A stretch of DNA of 64,000 bases from the human T2T-CHM13v2.0 reference genome, Homo sapiens. Positions 13,766-26,369 of this stretch are shown here, piece by piece. Within the stretch, counting starts at the first letter, position 1, and the number at the start of each line of letters is the position of its first letter. The stretch lies in NCBI RefSeq assembly GCF_009914755.1, contig NC_060945.1. The stretch is one strand, 5' to 3'. The translations under genes were made by a program, and so were the position numbers. The notes below the pieces were generated by a model. That model worked only from the letters and a program-made list of their open reading frames with translations, had not been told where the DNA came from and made no database searches.

Positions 13766-15383
13766 AAAAAAGCCTGAAGAATACAAGGTTAACACAAACT
13801 CCAGAGAATATGCTGCTTGCAGCTTTAATGATTGTACCAACGGTGGTAAGTCTCCCTATGTCTGCAGGAGCAGCTGCAGCTAATTATACTTACTTGGCCT
13901 ATGTGCCTTTCCCACCCTTAATTCGGACAGTCACTTGGATAGATAATCCTATTGAAGTATATGTTAATAATAGTGCATGGGTACCAGGCCCCACAGATGA
14001 CCGTGGCCCTGCCCAACCTGAAGAAGAAGGAATGATGATAAACATTTCCATTGGGTATCATTATCCTCCTATTTGCCTGGGGAAAGCACCAGGATGCTTA
14101 ATACCTACAACCCAAAATTGGTTGGTAGAAGTACCTACTGTCAGTGCCATCAGCAGATTTACTTATCACACGGTAAGTGGAATGTCACTCAGGCCACAGA
14201 TAAATAATTTACAGGATTTTTCTTATCAAAGATCATTACAATCTAGGCCTAAGGGGAAGCCTTGCCCCAAGGAAATTCCCAAAGAATCAAAAAGCCCAGA
14301 AGTCCTAGTTTGGGAAGAATGTGTGGCTGATACTGCAGTGGTACTACAAAACAATGAATTTGGAACTATTATAAACTGGGCTCCTTGAGGCCAATTATAT
14401 CATAATTGTGCAGGCCAGACTCAACCATGTTGACAGGTCCCATCCATCTGGCCCATTAATCTGGCCTATGAAAGGCTGGACCAGGTTTATAGTAGGTTAG
14501 AATCACTCTATCCATGGAAATGGGGTGTGTAAAACCCCCTTATATGCTAGTTGTAGGAAACAGAGTTATTAAACCAGATTCCCAAACTATAACCTGTGAA
14601 AATTGTAGATTGTTTACTTGCATTGATTCAACTTTGGATTGGCAACACCGTATTCTGCTAGTGAGGGCAAGAGAGGGCATGGGGATCCCTGTGTCCATGG
14701 ACCAACAGTGGGAGGGTTCCCCATCCATCCATATTTTAACAGAAGTATTAAAAGGAGTTCTAACTAGATCCAAAAGATTCATTTTTACTTTGATTGCAGT
14801 GATTATGGGTCTTATCACAGCTACTGCTGCGGCTGCTGGAATTGCTTTACACTCCTCTGTTCAAACTGCAGAATATGTGAATAATTGGCAAAAGAATTCC
14901 TCAAAATTGTGGAATTCTCATACCCAAATAGATCAAAAATTGGCAAACCAAATTAATGATCTTAGACAAACTGTAATTTGGATGGGAGATAGGCTCATGA
15001 GCTTGGAATACCTTTTTCAGTTACAGTGTGACTGGAATATATCAGATTTTTGTATTACACCTCGAGCTTATAATGAATCTGAACATCACTAGGACATGGT
15101 GAGATGCCATCTACAAGGAAGAGAAGATAATCTTACCTTAGAGATTTCAAAATTAAAAGAACAAATTTTTGAGGCATCAAAAGCCCAGTTAAATCTGGTA
15201 CCAGAAACTGAGGCAATCATGAAAGCTGTTGATAGCCTCACAAATCTTAACCCTGCCACTTGGGTTGAAAACATTGGAAGTTCCACCATTGAAATTTTTG
15301 TATTAATCCTTGTATGTCCGTTCTCTCTGTTGTTAGTCTACAGGTGTATCCAGCAGCTCTGGAGAGACAGTGACCAGTGAGAA
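13584..15383 (+). pseudogene. env: HML-2 env/rec remnant (type 2)
   Basis: MNPSEMQRK leader with the type-2 segment retained; +1 A frameshift ~13765-13771; SU deletion ~14528; RSKR/FIFTL cleavage site; [14 protein letters not shown]; rec donor GGTAAGT at 13845 and acceptor TTAG at 15336. Confidence 0.95.
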
Positions 15384-15430
15384 TGGACCATGATGACCAT
15401 GGCAGTTTTGTCAAAAAGAAAAGGGGGATA

Positions 15431-16435
15431 TGTAGGGAAAAGAGAGATCAGACTGTTACTGTGTCTATGTAGAAAGGGAAGACATAAGAAATTCCATTTT
15501 GATCTGTACCTTGAAAAATTGTTTTGCTGAGATGCTGTTAATTTGTAACTTTGCCCCAGCCACTTTGCCCCAACTTTGAGCTCACAAAAACATGTGTTAT
15601 ATGGAATCAAGGTTTAAGAGATCTAGGGCTGGGCAGGATGTGCCTTGCTAACAAAATATTTACAAGCAGTATGCTTGGTAAAACTCATTGCCATTCTCTA
15701 GTCTCAATAAACCAGGGGCACAATGCACTGCAAAAAGCCACAGGGACCTCTGCCCTGGAAAGCCGGGTATTGTCCAAGGTTTGTCCCCATGTGATAGTCT
15801 GAAATGTGGCCACATGGGATGAGAAAGACAGGACTGTCCCCCAGCCTGACACCTGTAAAGGGTCTGTGCTGAGGTGGATTAGTAAAAGAGGAAAGCCTCT
15901 TGCAGTTGAGATAGAGGAAGGCCACTGTCTCCTGCCTGTCCCTGGGAACTTAATGTCTCGGTATAAAACCCGATTGTACATTTGTTCAATTCTGAGATAA
16001 GAGGAAAACTGCCCTATGGTGGGAGGCAAGACATGTTGGCAGCAATGCTGCCTCGTTATTCTTTACTCCACTGAGATGTTTGGGTGGGAAGAAACATAAA
16101 TCTGGCCCACGTGTACATCCAGGCATAGTACCTCCCCTTGAACTTAATTATGACATAGATTCTTTTGCTCACGTGTTTTTTTGCTGACCTTCTCCTTATT
16201 ATCACCCTGCTCTCCTACTGCATTCCTCTTGCTGAGATAATGAAAATAATACTCAATAAAAACTGAGGGAACTCAGAGACCGGTGCTGGTGCAGGTCCTT
16301 GGTATGCTGAGTGCAGGTCCCCTGGGCCCACTATTCTTTCTCTATAGTTTGTCTTGTATCTTATTTCTTTTCTCAGTCTCTCATCCCACCTGATGAGATA
16401 TACCCACAGGTGTGGAGGGCCAGGCCACCCCTTCA
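15431..16435 (+). repeat. 3' LTR (LTR5A-like)
   Basis: Follows PPT; TGTAGGGAAAAGAGAGATCAG...CCCCTTCA; AATAAA at ~16255. Confidence 0.95.
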
Positions 16436-16440
16436 AACAT

Positions 16441-17525
16441 AAACTTATGTTTAGTTTAATATAGATACACACAGTTCTACATAGAAAACTTTATAATCAG
16501 CTGTGTATAGGTAGGTTAGACACACACATATACTTCCTAGCATTGCTAATGAGGGACAAGATACAATGTGCTAATTCAACAGCCAGATGTAAGTTTTCCT
16601 ACCATTCTGAAAGGAATCAGGCTCTTTGAAGAAATGTCTGATACTAGAACTGGGACAGTAAATATAGGAGCCAGGATAATCTTGAAGTATCAGAAAGTAA
16701 GTACTAAAAAAAATTAAAATATATCAAAGAAAAATAAGAGCCAATAATAACAGCTACCGAAGGCCAACACAGGAATGAATTGTGCAACACAATGCTGCAG
16801 TGTTGAATAATAACTGAAGCTTAAAGTAATTATCTAGGTGTCTGTATTTGTATACATAGGTGAATAAGCTAATGGAGTTGCATAGAAATCTCCTTTGCAA
16901 AAGAATTCCAAATAATTGATGTAGACACTCAGCCATCAGGAAGGTGGAGCCAACTCCTCACTCCATGAGTGTGGGCTCTGCATAGTGACTTGCTCCAAAA
17001 GAACACATGCAGTATGGACAAGGAGGAAAAATAACTTCACAGTGGAGAAACCTGACAAACAGTAGCTCTGCCAAATGATCCAAGTGAACATCAAAAATGA
17101 CAGTTTACCTTGAGAACATGAAGTGAAAATGGGGGACATTCTACAAAATTCCTGACCAATCCTCCTCAGTACTGTCAAGGTCATCATGAGATGGAAAGCC
17201 TGACACACTGTCACAGCCAGGAAGAGCCTATGTGATGACTACATGTCATGCGGGATCCTGGATGGGATCCTGAGTCAGAGTAAGACAGAACTAAGGGAGT
17301 CCAAATGAAATGTGAACTTTAGTTAATAATAGTCTATCAGTATTGGTTCATTAACTGTGACAAATTATGTAAGATATTAATAAGCCATGTGAGACACACT
17401 GATAGAAGATGTTAATGAGAGGAAACTAGGTTGTGGCTACATGGGAAATCTCTGCTTTTTTTTTTTTTTTTTTTTGGTAATTTCTGTGTAAGTAAAAAAA
17501 AAGATGTAAAATAAAACTTTATTTA
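16441..17525 (+). mobile_element. Old L1M (L1MC-like) 3' region, host of the provirus
   Basis: L1MC-type 3'UTR motifs (GTGTGGGCT..CATAGTGACTT, AACTTCACAGTGGAGAAACCTGACAAACA). Confidence 0.65.
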
Positions 17526-18410
17526 AAACTTTTTTATATTTTTTAATGCTTCCTTGCTTAATTATTTATACCGTGAATTACTAGTAATTGACACTGTTAA
17601 CTAGTCCTGTTTTTTTAAATAAGAGCATTTATGACACAAAAAATTAAACAGTGCAGACTGATATATAAATCAAAACAAATGCTCTGTACATGTTTTCTGT
17701 TACAGTAGTAACACATATGTGTAAACTTAATTATCGTATTTTTGTCTTGTGCTATGGTTGTGTCCTGGTTCATTCTCTAAAATGCTGATCACCTTAGACC
17801 AGGAAAAAAAATAAACTTACAGGATCTGTTTCAATTCATGGCTAAATATTTTCAAAAGAGTGACTGTAAAAATATGTTCCAATGGCAAATTGATTCATTG
17901 TGATGGGATCACTTATTCTAAAGACTTCTTGTCTTTACTTTGTTCCCATGCCTACCTTTTAGCCATAATACAACAGAATCAAATATTGGTCATTGGGAAA
18001 AAATATTCAAAGAAAGAAAGAATGTGAACAGAACTTACAACCATGATGATTCAATGTTTTACCACAATGCTTTCTAAAAATAAGAGTGTAAAAGGATATT
18101 CAAAGTCAATTTCCTCAGCGAGGCTTTGCAGAAAATGAGGAAACTAAAGAAACAAAAATGGCAGGATGTTCTACGGGTGATTTTAGATGTTGCTATGTTT
18201 TATGGGAAAAAAATACTTTACCTTTTAAAGAATCACTAAGAATTATTGGAAACCCAAACTCTGGAATGTTTGCAAATTTAGTTGAGCTTCTGTGTAATTA
18301 TGTCTATGTAGCTAGGCATGAAGTTGATGATTTTTAAAAAATCTTTGCCTTATTTGTGTAATAAAATACACAATAAATAATTAATGCTCATAGGAAAACA
18401 TGTTAGACCT

Positions 18411-18854
18411 TGTGAAGGGAAAATAAATCTTGGGGACCCAAAATCGCTAAGCTAAAGGGAAAAGTCAAGCTGGGAACTGCTTAGGGCAAATCTGCCTCCC
18501 ATTCTATCCAAAGTCACCCATCTGCTCACCGAGACAAATGCATATCTGATTGCCTCATTTGGAGAGGGTAATCAGCAAAGCAAAAGAATGAAACCATTTG
18601 TCTCTTACCTACTTATGACCTGGAAGCCCCCTGTCTGGCCTTCTCACCTTTCTGGACTGAACCAATGTACATCTTGCACATATTGATTGATGTCTCATGT
18701 CTCCCTAAAGTGTATAAAACCAAGCTGTGCCTCGACCACCTTGGGCCCATGTTGTCAGGACTTCCTGAGGAGGCATCATGGGGGCGCATCCTCAAACTTG
18801 GCAAGTAAACTTTCTAAAAAATCCGAGAGCTGTTTCAGATTTTCAGGGTTCATA
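18411..18854 (+). mobile_element. MER4-family solo LTR (ERV1)
   Basis: Start TGTGAAGGGAAAATAAATCTTGGGGACCCAAAATCGCTAAGCTAAAGGGAAAAGTCAAGCTGGGAAC; TATAAAA; AGTAAA. Confidence 0.8.
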
Positions 18855-19543
18855 CATGTAATATAGTATGTCAATGTTTATAAAACAGACATTATTCTGT
18901 CTACTATTACAACTATGCTGCCAATTAACCTTAGACTTTCTCAACAAAATAAAAAATGATGAGGTACCAACAATATATTTAAACTTAAATAATGTTGCAA
19001 GTTTTAATATGCCTACTTTTCAATTTTTCAATACTATTTTTACTACTTTAACACTGTAAGAAAAATGAGCAACTAAAACATGAATAAAAGTGTTTACAGG
19101 GGGTGCACATGTTTCCTCCAGCCTCTGCCCATCCCCAGCTTTCATCCCAACTCTTCTGATGGTGGCTCTAAGCATTTCCCCTGTCTCTATACCAAGATCT
19201 CTCCCCAGAAACAAGCCCAAATCTTACCATATGTTATGGCACGCTATGGTGATGAGAAGCGATGAGCAGCCGAAGCCTCAAGGAAAGGATGCTTTTGTAA
19301 AACAAGACTTGTAGAATAAAACATGTGAAAGTAAAGCCCATGGCAGAGCTCCCTCCTCAGCACATGGGGAGCAGACAGGAAGCTTTTGCCTCACCTTCCT
19401 CAATGGCCAGCAGCCACGTCTGCCCAGGTCAGTCTTAAGGACAATGAAACTCTGGTCTTCACTGTAGACATGCCACACTACCAGGTGCTCCAAAGCCATG
19501 GTGACCCACCCTCGGGTGGGTCCTGAGGAGAACAAAGCTCTGG

Positions 19544-19775
19544 TTCTAATCCTAACCCTAACCCTGGCCCAAGACTTTGACCCTGAACCTAAACACTGAT
19601 CCCTACCCTGGGCCCCAATTCTCACCCTTACTTTGACCTTGATTTTGATCTTGACCCTGACCTTGACCCCACCTCTAACCATATTTCTGGCCCTGACTCT
19701 GACCCAGATCCTAATCCTAACCCTAACCCTAACCCTATTATTATCTTTATGATCTATCTCTAATCTTACCCTCTA
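19544..19775. repeat. Degenerate interstitial telomeric repeat, same orientation as the terminal array
   Basis: Six-base periodicity with CCCTAA, CCCTGA, CCTTGA, TCCTAA units; ORF track shows a VRVKIKIKVKVRVR frame. Confidence 0.9.
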
Positions 19776-19979
19776 GTGCTAAATAGCTGTATCCAACAGC
19801 ACTTTTAAACTGTTTAACTTCTTTTCCTTGAATTCTCTAAGGATATCCTAAAGGAGATGTCATTATGTATTTTGCATTCCCTCTGAGTGGTATGGCTTCA
19901 GATATGCAGTTCTAATACTTTGCAAGACATAAAAAGTTTGGAGGGAAATAGCACCGGGTTGTTAGGGATGCATGTTTGC

Positions 19980-20396
19980 ATTCATGATAGTCATTGGTGC
20001 TGTTCTCCAAATATTTTCAGTTCATTTGTTTGTGAATGCATTCTGACTGTTCCATCCCACCTACTTAAATTTTCCCATGGCCACATGACTTTTTTGTTTG
20101 TTTGTTTGTTTTTTGCCAACGGAGGTGAGAAGAAATAACATGTGACTTTTTCAGAAGAAATCTCCAAGAAACAGAGTTCTATTCCGCATGCTTTTTTCTT
20201 TTTTCTATAGCAATGGGGATCTTATTGATGGTCCCTCCTTCCGTCTGGATTCCTGTGTTAGGATGACACAGCACAGAGCTACCTCACATCTGACCCATGA
20301 TGAGATGTAAATAAATGAGGAAAAAGATTTTTGAACCACTGAAATTTGGAGGTTGTTTGTCACCACAGTTTAACCTAGCCCCCATTGACTGATGCA
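19980..20396 (+). mobile_element. Old MaLR LTR fragment (MLT1-like)
   Basis: 3' end CACTGAAATTTGGAGGTTGTTTGTCACCACAG...CCTAGC...TGACTGATGCA; 5' boundary uncertain. Confidence 0.55.
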
Positions 20397-22198
20397 GGGC
20401 TGAAGAATGAGTCTGAACTGGATCTGGACAAGACATGTGAAGAGCACTGCAGGCTGAGTAAAACTCAAGTGTTGTCTCAAAGATAACAGTGAGCACAATA
20501 TGTTATTAGGGTGAGTGTGGGATAAATAAGGTATATCAGGTGAGAATAATGAGAAACTCAACTTCAAAAGATGGTGCTGATTTGGACTGTGGAGAGATTC
20601 AAATGCCCTGCTTAGCATTTGAGATTGTGATGGTTGAACAAACTAATTAAGAGCCCAAAATGAAGGCTTGGGATAAATATCTGAGGGTGTCTAATATCCC
20701 AATTTTTCATCCTAGAGTGGGCAGAGTCCTTGATCCCATTCTAGGGAGACTTCCAAAAGAAAAAAGACCTGCATTTCTTCAACAACCCACATTGAGAGAC
20801 TTTCCTGCACTTTTGACCTATGGTTAACACTCCTCACCTTTCATTCTGTCATCAGTGTTTTGGGGAAACACCTTTAACTCTCTATGATTTACAGGTTATG
20901 AAGTGGCCCTTATAATTCCTTCCAGGGGTGGAAAAGACTAATGATGATGGTGTCTGAGCTCACAGCCACAAGCGGGCATGTGTGTTCAGCAGCCATGTGG
21001 CTCATGTGCTAGGAGCTTACTAAATACAATGTTCTACATCATTGCTTAACACAAGGGGAGATGCTCCTGACTCAGAGGGTTTAATTGCTCACCTGCTTCT
21101 TTTTCTGCCCTCTTGGGCTCCTAAAATGAAAAGAATCCTGGGGTGATAAAGTGAGTCAAAGGGGTGCCAGCCACATCACAGCAAAATAGATTCCTAAAAA
21201 AATCCCTGGCCTAAGATGACAGCCTTGGCTGGATAAGTTTGAATGTGCTGATAGTGGACATGGTAGAATGAAGGTGGTTGAAATGTTCATATTAAAGAAC
21301 TTCTACCCAGATTGCAAGAAAAGAGAGAGGAATGGAGATGGCAGCATGATTCCCTATAATAAAAGCAGATGATTTAAGATCAGTTATCTTTGTTCTGAAA
21401 AAAATAAAGACAGAAACAAAAGTTTAGCCTGAGGCTACAATTAATTGGGCAATAAGTGAGAGGCACATATGGCATAGACAGATTTAAACATTTCTCCCTT
21501 ATATTAATACAAATACTAAAATTACAAATAAATTGATTCCAAATAAAACAAATATTTAAAAAACTTAATGAATAAACACCGGAGTCTACAGTAGTGTTCG
21601 AAGGAGATCTCATAAACAAGTTTGGTTTTTGAAGGTTAGAACTGATGGTCTAGAGAATTCATTTCATTCCAGAGAGAGAAAGAGAGGAATTTTTTAAAAA
21701 GAACACTTGCAGTGTTTGAAGTGACAAAGGCTGCTGTGACAAAAAAGAAGGGAAAGGGAATTTTTTTTAAAAAAGCAAGCAACAACAACAAAACCCCACA
21801 AAAAAGCAGACAACAAACAAACAAAAAACAGAGGAAGAAGTCAAAACATGCTGGGCTGTGACTACTTCCAGGAAGGGGCTACAAGAGGCAGCTGGAAATT
21901 CTATTTGCTTTGCAACTGTGAGTTTTCCGGCCTGCTTCCTTTCTAAAGTATATTACTTTGTTTTTGGTTCATGAAGTTATCCATTTCTGTTTTCTGGAAC
22001 AGCTATGTATTTTCTTTATCTATCATCTATCTACCTGCCTATCATCTATCTATCTATTTACTATCTATCTTTTCTACCTTTCACTATCAAGAGCTTGGGT
22101 CAAGCAGGATAGAATTCCAGTGTATGTTCACTCTACCATTTAAAACAAGAGCTCTTGTAGGCATTCTCCAACACATCATAAACCTGAGCTTTCTAAAA

Positions 22199-22419
22199 CA
22201 GGGTGTGGCAAACTACCATTCATGGGCCATGTCTGACATAGTCTGCGTTTGTAAGAAAAGTTGTAATGGGACACAGCCACATACATGTGTTACATAATGT
22301 CTCTGGCTACTTTCATGGTATAACGGAAGAGCTGAGTCATTGAGAGAGGGACCACATGGCTTGGAAAACTTAAAATATTTAACATTTAGCCCTTCGCAGA
22401 AAATATTTGCTGACTCTTG
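22199..22419 (+). mobile_element. MER58A-like hAT DNA transposon fossil
   Basis: TIR-like CAGGGTGTGGCAAAC...TTTGCTGACTCTTG and MER58 core (CACAGCCAC, AAAATATTTA). Confidence 0.75.
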
Positions 22420-25400
22420 TTTTTAAAGATCTCTGTTTAGAATGCTAACTATTGCCTTCTGGATAGAATCACAACTCTTTACCACAATCAACACAGCTTC
22501 AACCCTGCTTCTATATCCAGCCTCATCTATTATTTCCGCTCCTCCTCCTTATTTTCCTTCTGGCCATGCTGATGGATTGTCAGCTTCCCAGATGTGCAAG
22601 AATCTCTCCTCCCTTCCCGACATTCTCATGCTCTCCCTCTGCCTCTCAAGAACTTCCTGTCCCATCTCTCATGACGAATCTCTTCTTCATTCTTTAAGAT
22701 GCAGCTCCTTTGCTCCTTCCTTAAAGATGTCTGTCTGGCTCTATTTTGGGTGACATGCTCCTTCTGCATCTCCCAGAGCCAGCCTGTGTGTGTCAGCTAC
22801 AGCATTTATTTGCATCTCTGTGTCATATATCACCAAATCTGCCTAAGCTTGCGTGAGTCACTGCATGACAACTTCAGCCTCCACCAGCATTGTCCCCACT
22901 AACCATGAGGCTTAGATATTTGTCCAGTATGCTCGGGGTTGTGGAGTGGTAGCAGTAACCAACTGGTGAGCATCATTTCTTACATCAGAATCAAATATGT
23001 AGATCTCTGCAATTCATAAGTATTTGGAGTTTAAAATTAGCATAAAGATTTTCTTTAAAATAAGAACAAATGGCTTGAGTAGGCTTTTGGAATGTATAAT
23101 ACTTCTGCTGGCTCCTTTCAGTGTTCAGTATTCCCACATGAATCTAAACACAACTCTGCTCTTAGTAGCTGTGTGACCCTGGGAAAGTCACTCAATCTCC
23201 CTCAGCTAAATTTTGTTGTGTGAGTAATGAGAAGAGAGTTGTGATTTGTATTTAATGAGTAATAACAAACAAAAGGCATTTAGCTTTCTGGAACCTGGTA
23301 TGTAGTAGATCCTCATGAAATACTAACTCTGTTGATAAAACTAGACTGAAAGAAGCTTTCAAAGTCAACAGCAGTATCATGCAGGGAAGGATGTAGATGA
23401 GAAGCTGCTGCTGCTGCTGCTGCAGCCTACAGCTCCTGGAGGCCCGTTTTGTCCATGATTTAGCAGGAATGCACTACCTTTCCATGAGGAGACACTGCCC
23501 ACAGAAACCAAGGCCATTCTTTGAAGACAAACATGTTTTAATAGCCTTTACATTATGTAATAGTGTAATATAAATAATAATTTATTTACATTATTCTGTT
23601 ATAACTTTTGTACAGAGCTTTACACCTAGATATTCTGAAGTTGGTGGTCTGTGAGTGGCATCAAGTGGTGAGTGACACACTCTGACCTTGGGTAGAACAA
23701 CACGTGACCCTGCAGTTTGCTGAATTTCAGGGCATCACCACCTGTTTTCAAGAGTGTTTTTTCCTATCCTCTAGAGTTTTGCCCACTTAAGCAATGGTTT
23801 TACTGTAATAAAGAATTACACTATTTATCAAAATATTACTTTGGAGAATACCGGTTCACATAGTTCATTTTCAAGTTTTCTTAAACTATCAGGCCCATAA
23901 CTAATGCCAGTGGCTCCAAGGATGAGAAGGTAAAAAGGCCTTTTTTTTTGGGGGGGTGGGGCCAAGGCAAAAAAACACCACATTTCAAACTTTACCGTCT
24001 CATGCTAGTCCCTGGAAAATTAGAAGTGAACACACTCCCCTCCCAGCCCAATCACAGCTAACGAATAACCAAGATCTCCTGCAGGTGCCTTTGCCTTGGC
24101 TTTGTGAGCCTGGAGTTGCTGGCTGGCACTGGGCAGCAGGCAGCAGAGCTGGTCCCATTTCTCCATGCTTTACCCACTCTTTGGGGGACACAGGCACATT
24201 GAACAACCTGGGTCCTGGCCTGGCGCTGGCTGGGAAGCTATTTGATGTCAGGCTGAATGTGGACTTCTGAGTTGAAAAGAGAGTATGGGTCACCCTGCCC
24301 CACTTACTCATTTTACCAAGAATGAAAATGGGGATCTATTCCAGACATGATAGTATACATTGTAAGGCTGTGCAAGCTTGCTGCACTTGTATCCACTCAG
24401 CACACACTTACTGAGTGCCAAGTGTCTCCAGCATGAAAGGCGCTCTAGTTCCCGGGGTCCCACCCTCCACAGAGGACAGCAGCACCTTGAGGGACGGAGG
24501 TGCAAAGAGCAAGGTGGGGGCTCTTCTGCTGGAGAGGCAGCTAGGGAGGGTCCTTAGAAGAAGTGACAGCTGAGTTCTTCTCTGAAGGGTGAAGCTGAAT
24601 TACTTGAAGCTTAGGGTGAAGGGGTGTCCAGGGAAGTGGAGCCTGTGAGCCAAAAGCATAATGACTTGTCCAGAGAAGTGTAACAAGTTCCATATTGTTT
24701 CTATGCCAAATCTGCACAAGAGTCACCACAGGAAAGAGCAGGATCCTGGAGCCAGGGCCTTGGATTTCATCTGCTGGCAATGGAAATGTTCACTGGCAAT
24801 TTTGGGGGGCAAAACATGAAAATGTTTCCTCTTAGCTCCAATTCTCTGTCTCTCTGTCTCTTTCTGTCCCTCTCTCTCTCCTTTATCTTTAATTTTTGTA
24901 TTATCCTAAGAAAACACAGATGTCTCAGACATGGGGATTAGCAGCCTGCCTCTTTCTGGATGACTTCAGGGGAGCACTTCAGCCTCTGTGAGCTTATTTA
25001 CAATAATTCACAAATCTTGCCAAAAAAAAAAGTCATGGTAGCAGAGGTTAGAAAATCTCCTAGTGTTTCTTCTGACACTTTGAATTTATGATTAATATGT
25101 TTAATCTTCATCTTCTGAAAAGTCACCAGTTACACAGTCAGGACCATAAAGGGAGTCTGTTTCTGTGGTTTGTGGCTTCAACAGTCAAAGGTTTTGCAGC
25201 AACAGCATTGCATGTGGGTTTTAGGCTGATGATGCTCAACAGTGGACAATTCTCTTCACCTGCCTGGGCCCCACTGCCCGCCCTTCCAAACAGTGCAGGG
25301 TCACAGCTGAGCTCTCTGAGACACCTCACAGGATCTCAGCTTCTAAACTATCAAGTGTCTTCTAGGTGAAGGCTTGGTTTCATAGCCTTTGTGGTTTCCT

Positions 25401-25675
25401 CCAGGTAACACTTGGTTTTCTGACCTAACCCTGGTATATGTGTGACACATGTGTGAATGTGCTCCCTGTGGCAGCGCTGAGGAAGGACTCAGTCATCACA
25501 GATGCTGAAAGGCAAATGCAGTGTGCTTTTTTCCAACATCTCCAGTCTTGTATTATTTTTACCCATCAGCCCATTTGAAAAAGAAAAAAAAAAGCCTCCT
25601 GTTAGAATTAAATCCCCTCTGGAGATAATGAGTATTTTTTAAATCTTTCATTTTTTTTATATAGTCATGTTTGCT

Positions 25676-25707
25676 CCCAGTTCCTGCCAGGATCCACTAG
25701 AGGGCAG
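25676..25707 (+). promoter_or_regulatory. Candidate CTCF site
   Basis: Core CCACTAGAGGGCAG at 25694-25707 with upstream-module-like CCCAGTTCC 9 nt before it. Motif only. Confidence 0.6.
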
Positions 25708-26369
25708 AGACACCTGTGTGTATTTGTGTAGCACTTGCTGAGTGGTAATAAAAACAGACACCCTGCCCTCCCGGAGCCAACCTCCAGTGCCAGGGCAAGC
25801 AGCAGCAAGTAAGAAAACCTTGGTTTCTGTATCTGCATCAGCTACACAGTGCTTGCACACAGGAGATATCAGCCAGTTTTCTCAGTTAAAGAGACAGAAA
25901 CAAAATGTGTCCTCACTACTTTTTGAATTTACCATGTTATCTAATATTTTAACTTAATTGAATGAATAAACTCCCTATGCATCTGGACACATGCATGGAA
26001 AATTCACAAACATTTCAAACCAAAACAGAGTATTTTGCCAAAAGAAAATTTCTTAGATATGTGAAGTTCACTTTTTTCTTTTAGTGATTTTAATGTAATG
26101 AAATTGAAAACTCTGTGCTTCTAAAAGACTTTTTAAGGAGCACGGTATTTTTCCATTTTGAAAAAAAATTGGCAAAATATCTTCTACTATAGATAGAAGG
26201 TAATTGGCTGAGGGTAATAAACAGAAGATTAAAAAACAACCTTTATCCCCTGATATTCTGTCAAGGGCTACAGTGAATTACACACCCTGGCATGGGTTTG
26301 TACACCATGTGCTGGAAGCCAGCAGTCATGCAGGCCATGCTCTCCCACACTTAGAAAAGAAGCCCATAA

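Noticed and set aside
23404-23423. (CTG)6 repeat
   Set aside because: Short and not in an identifiable exon.
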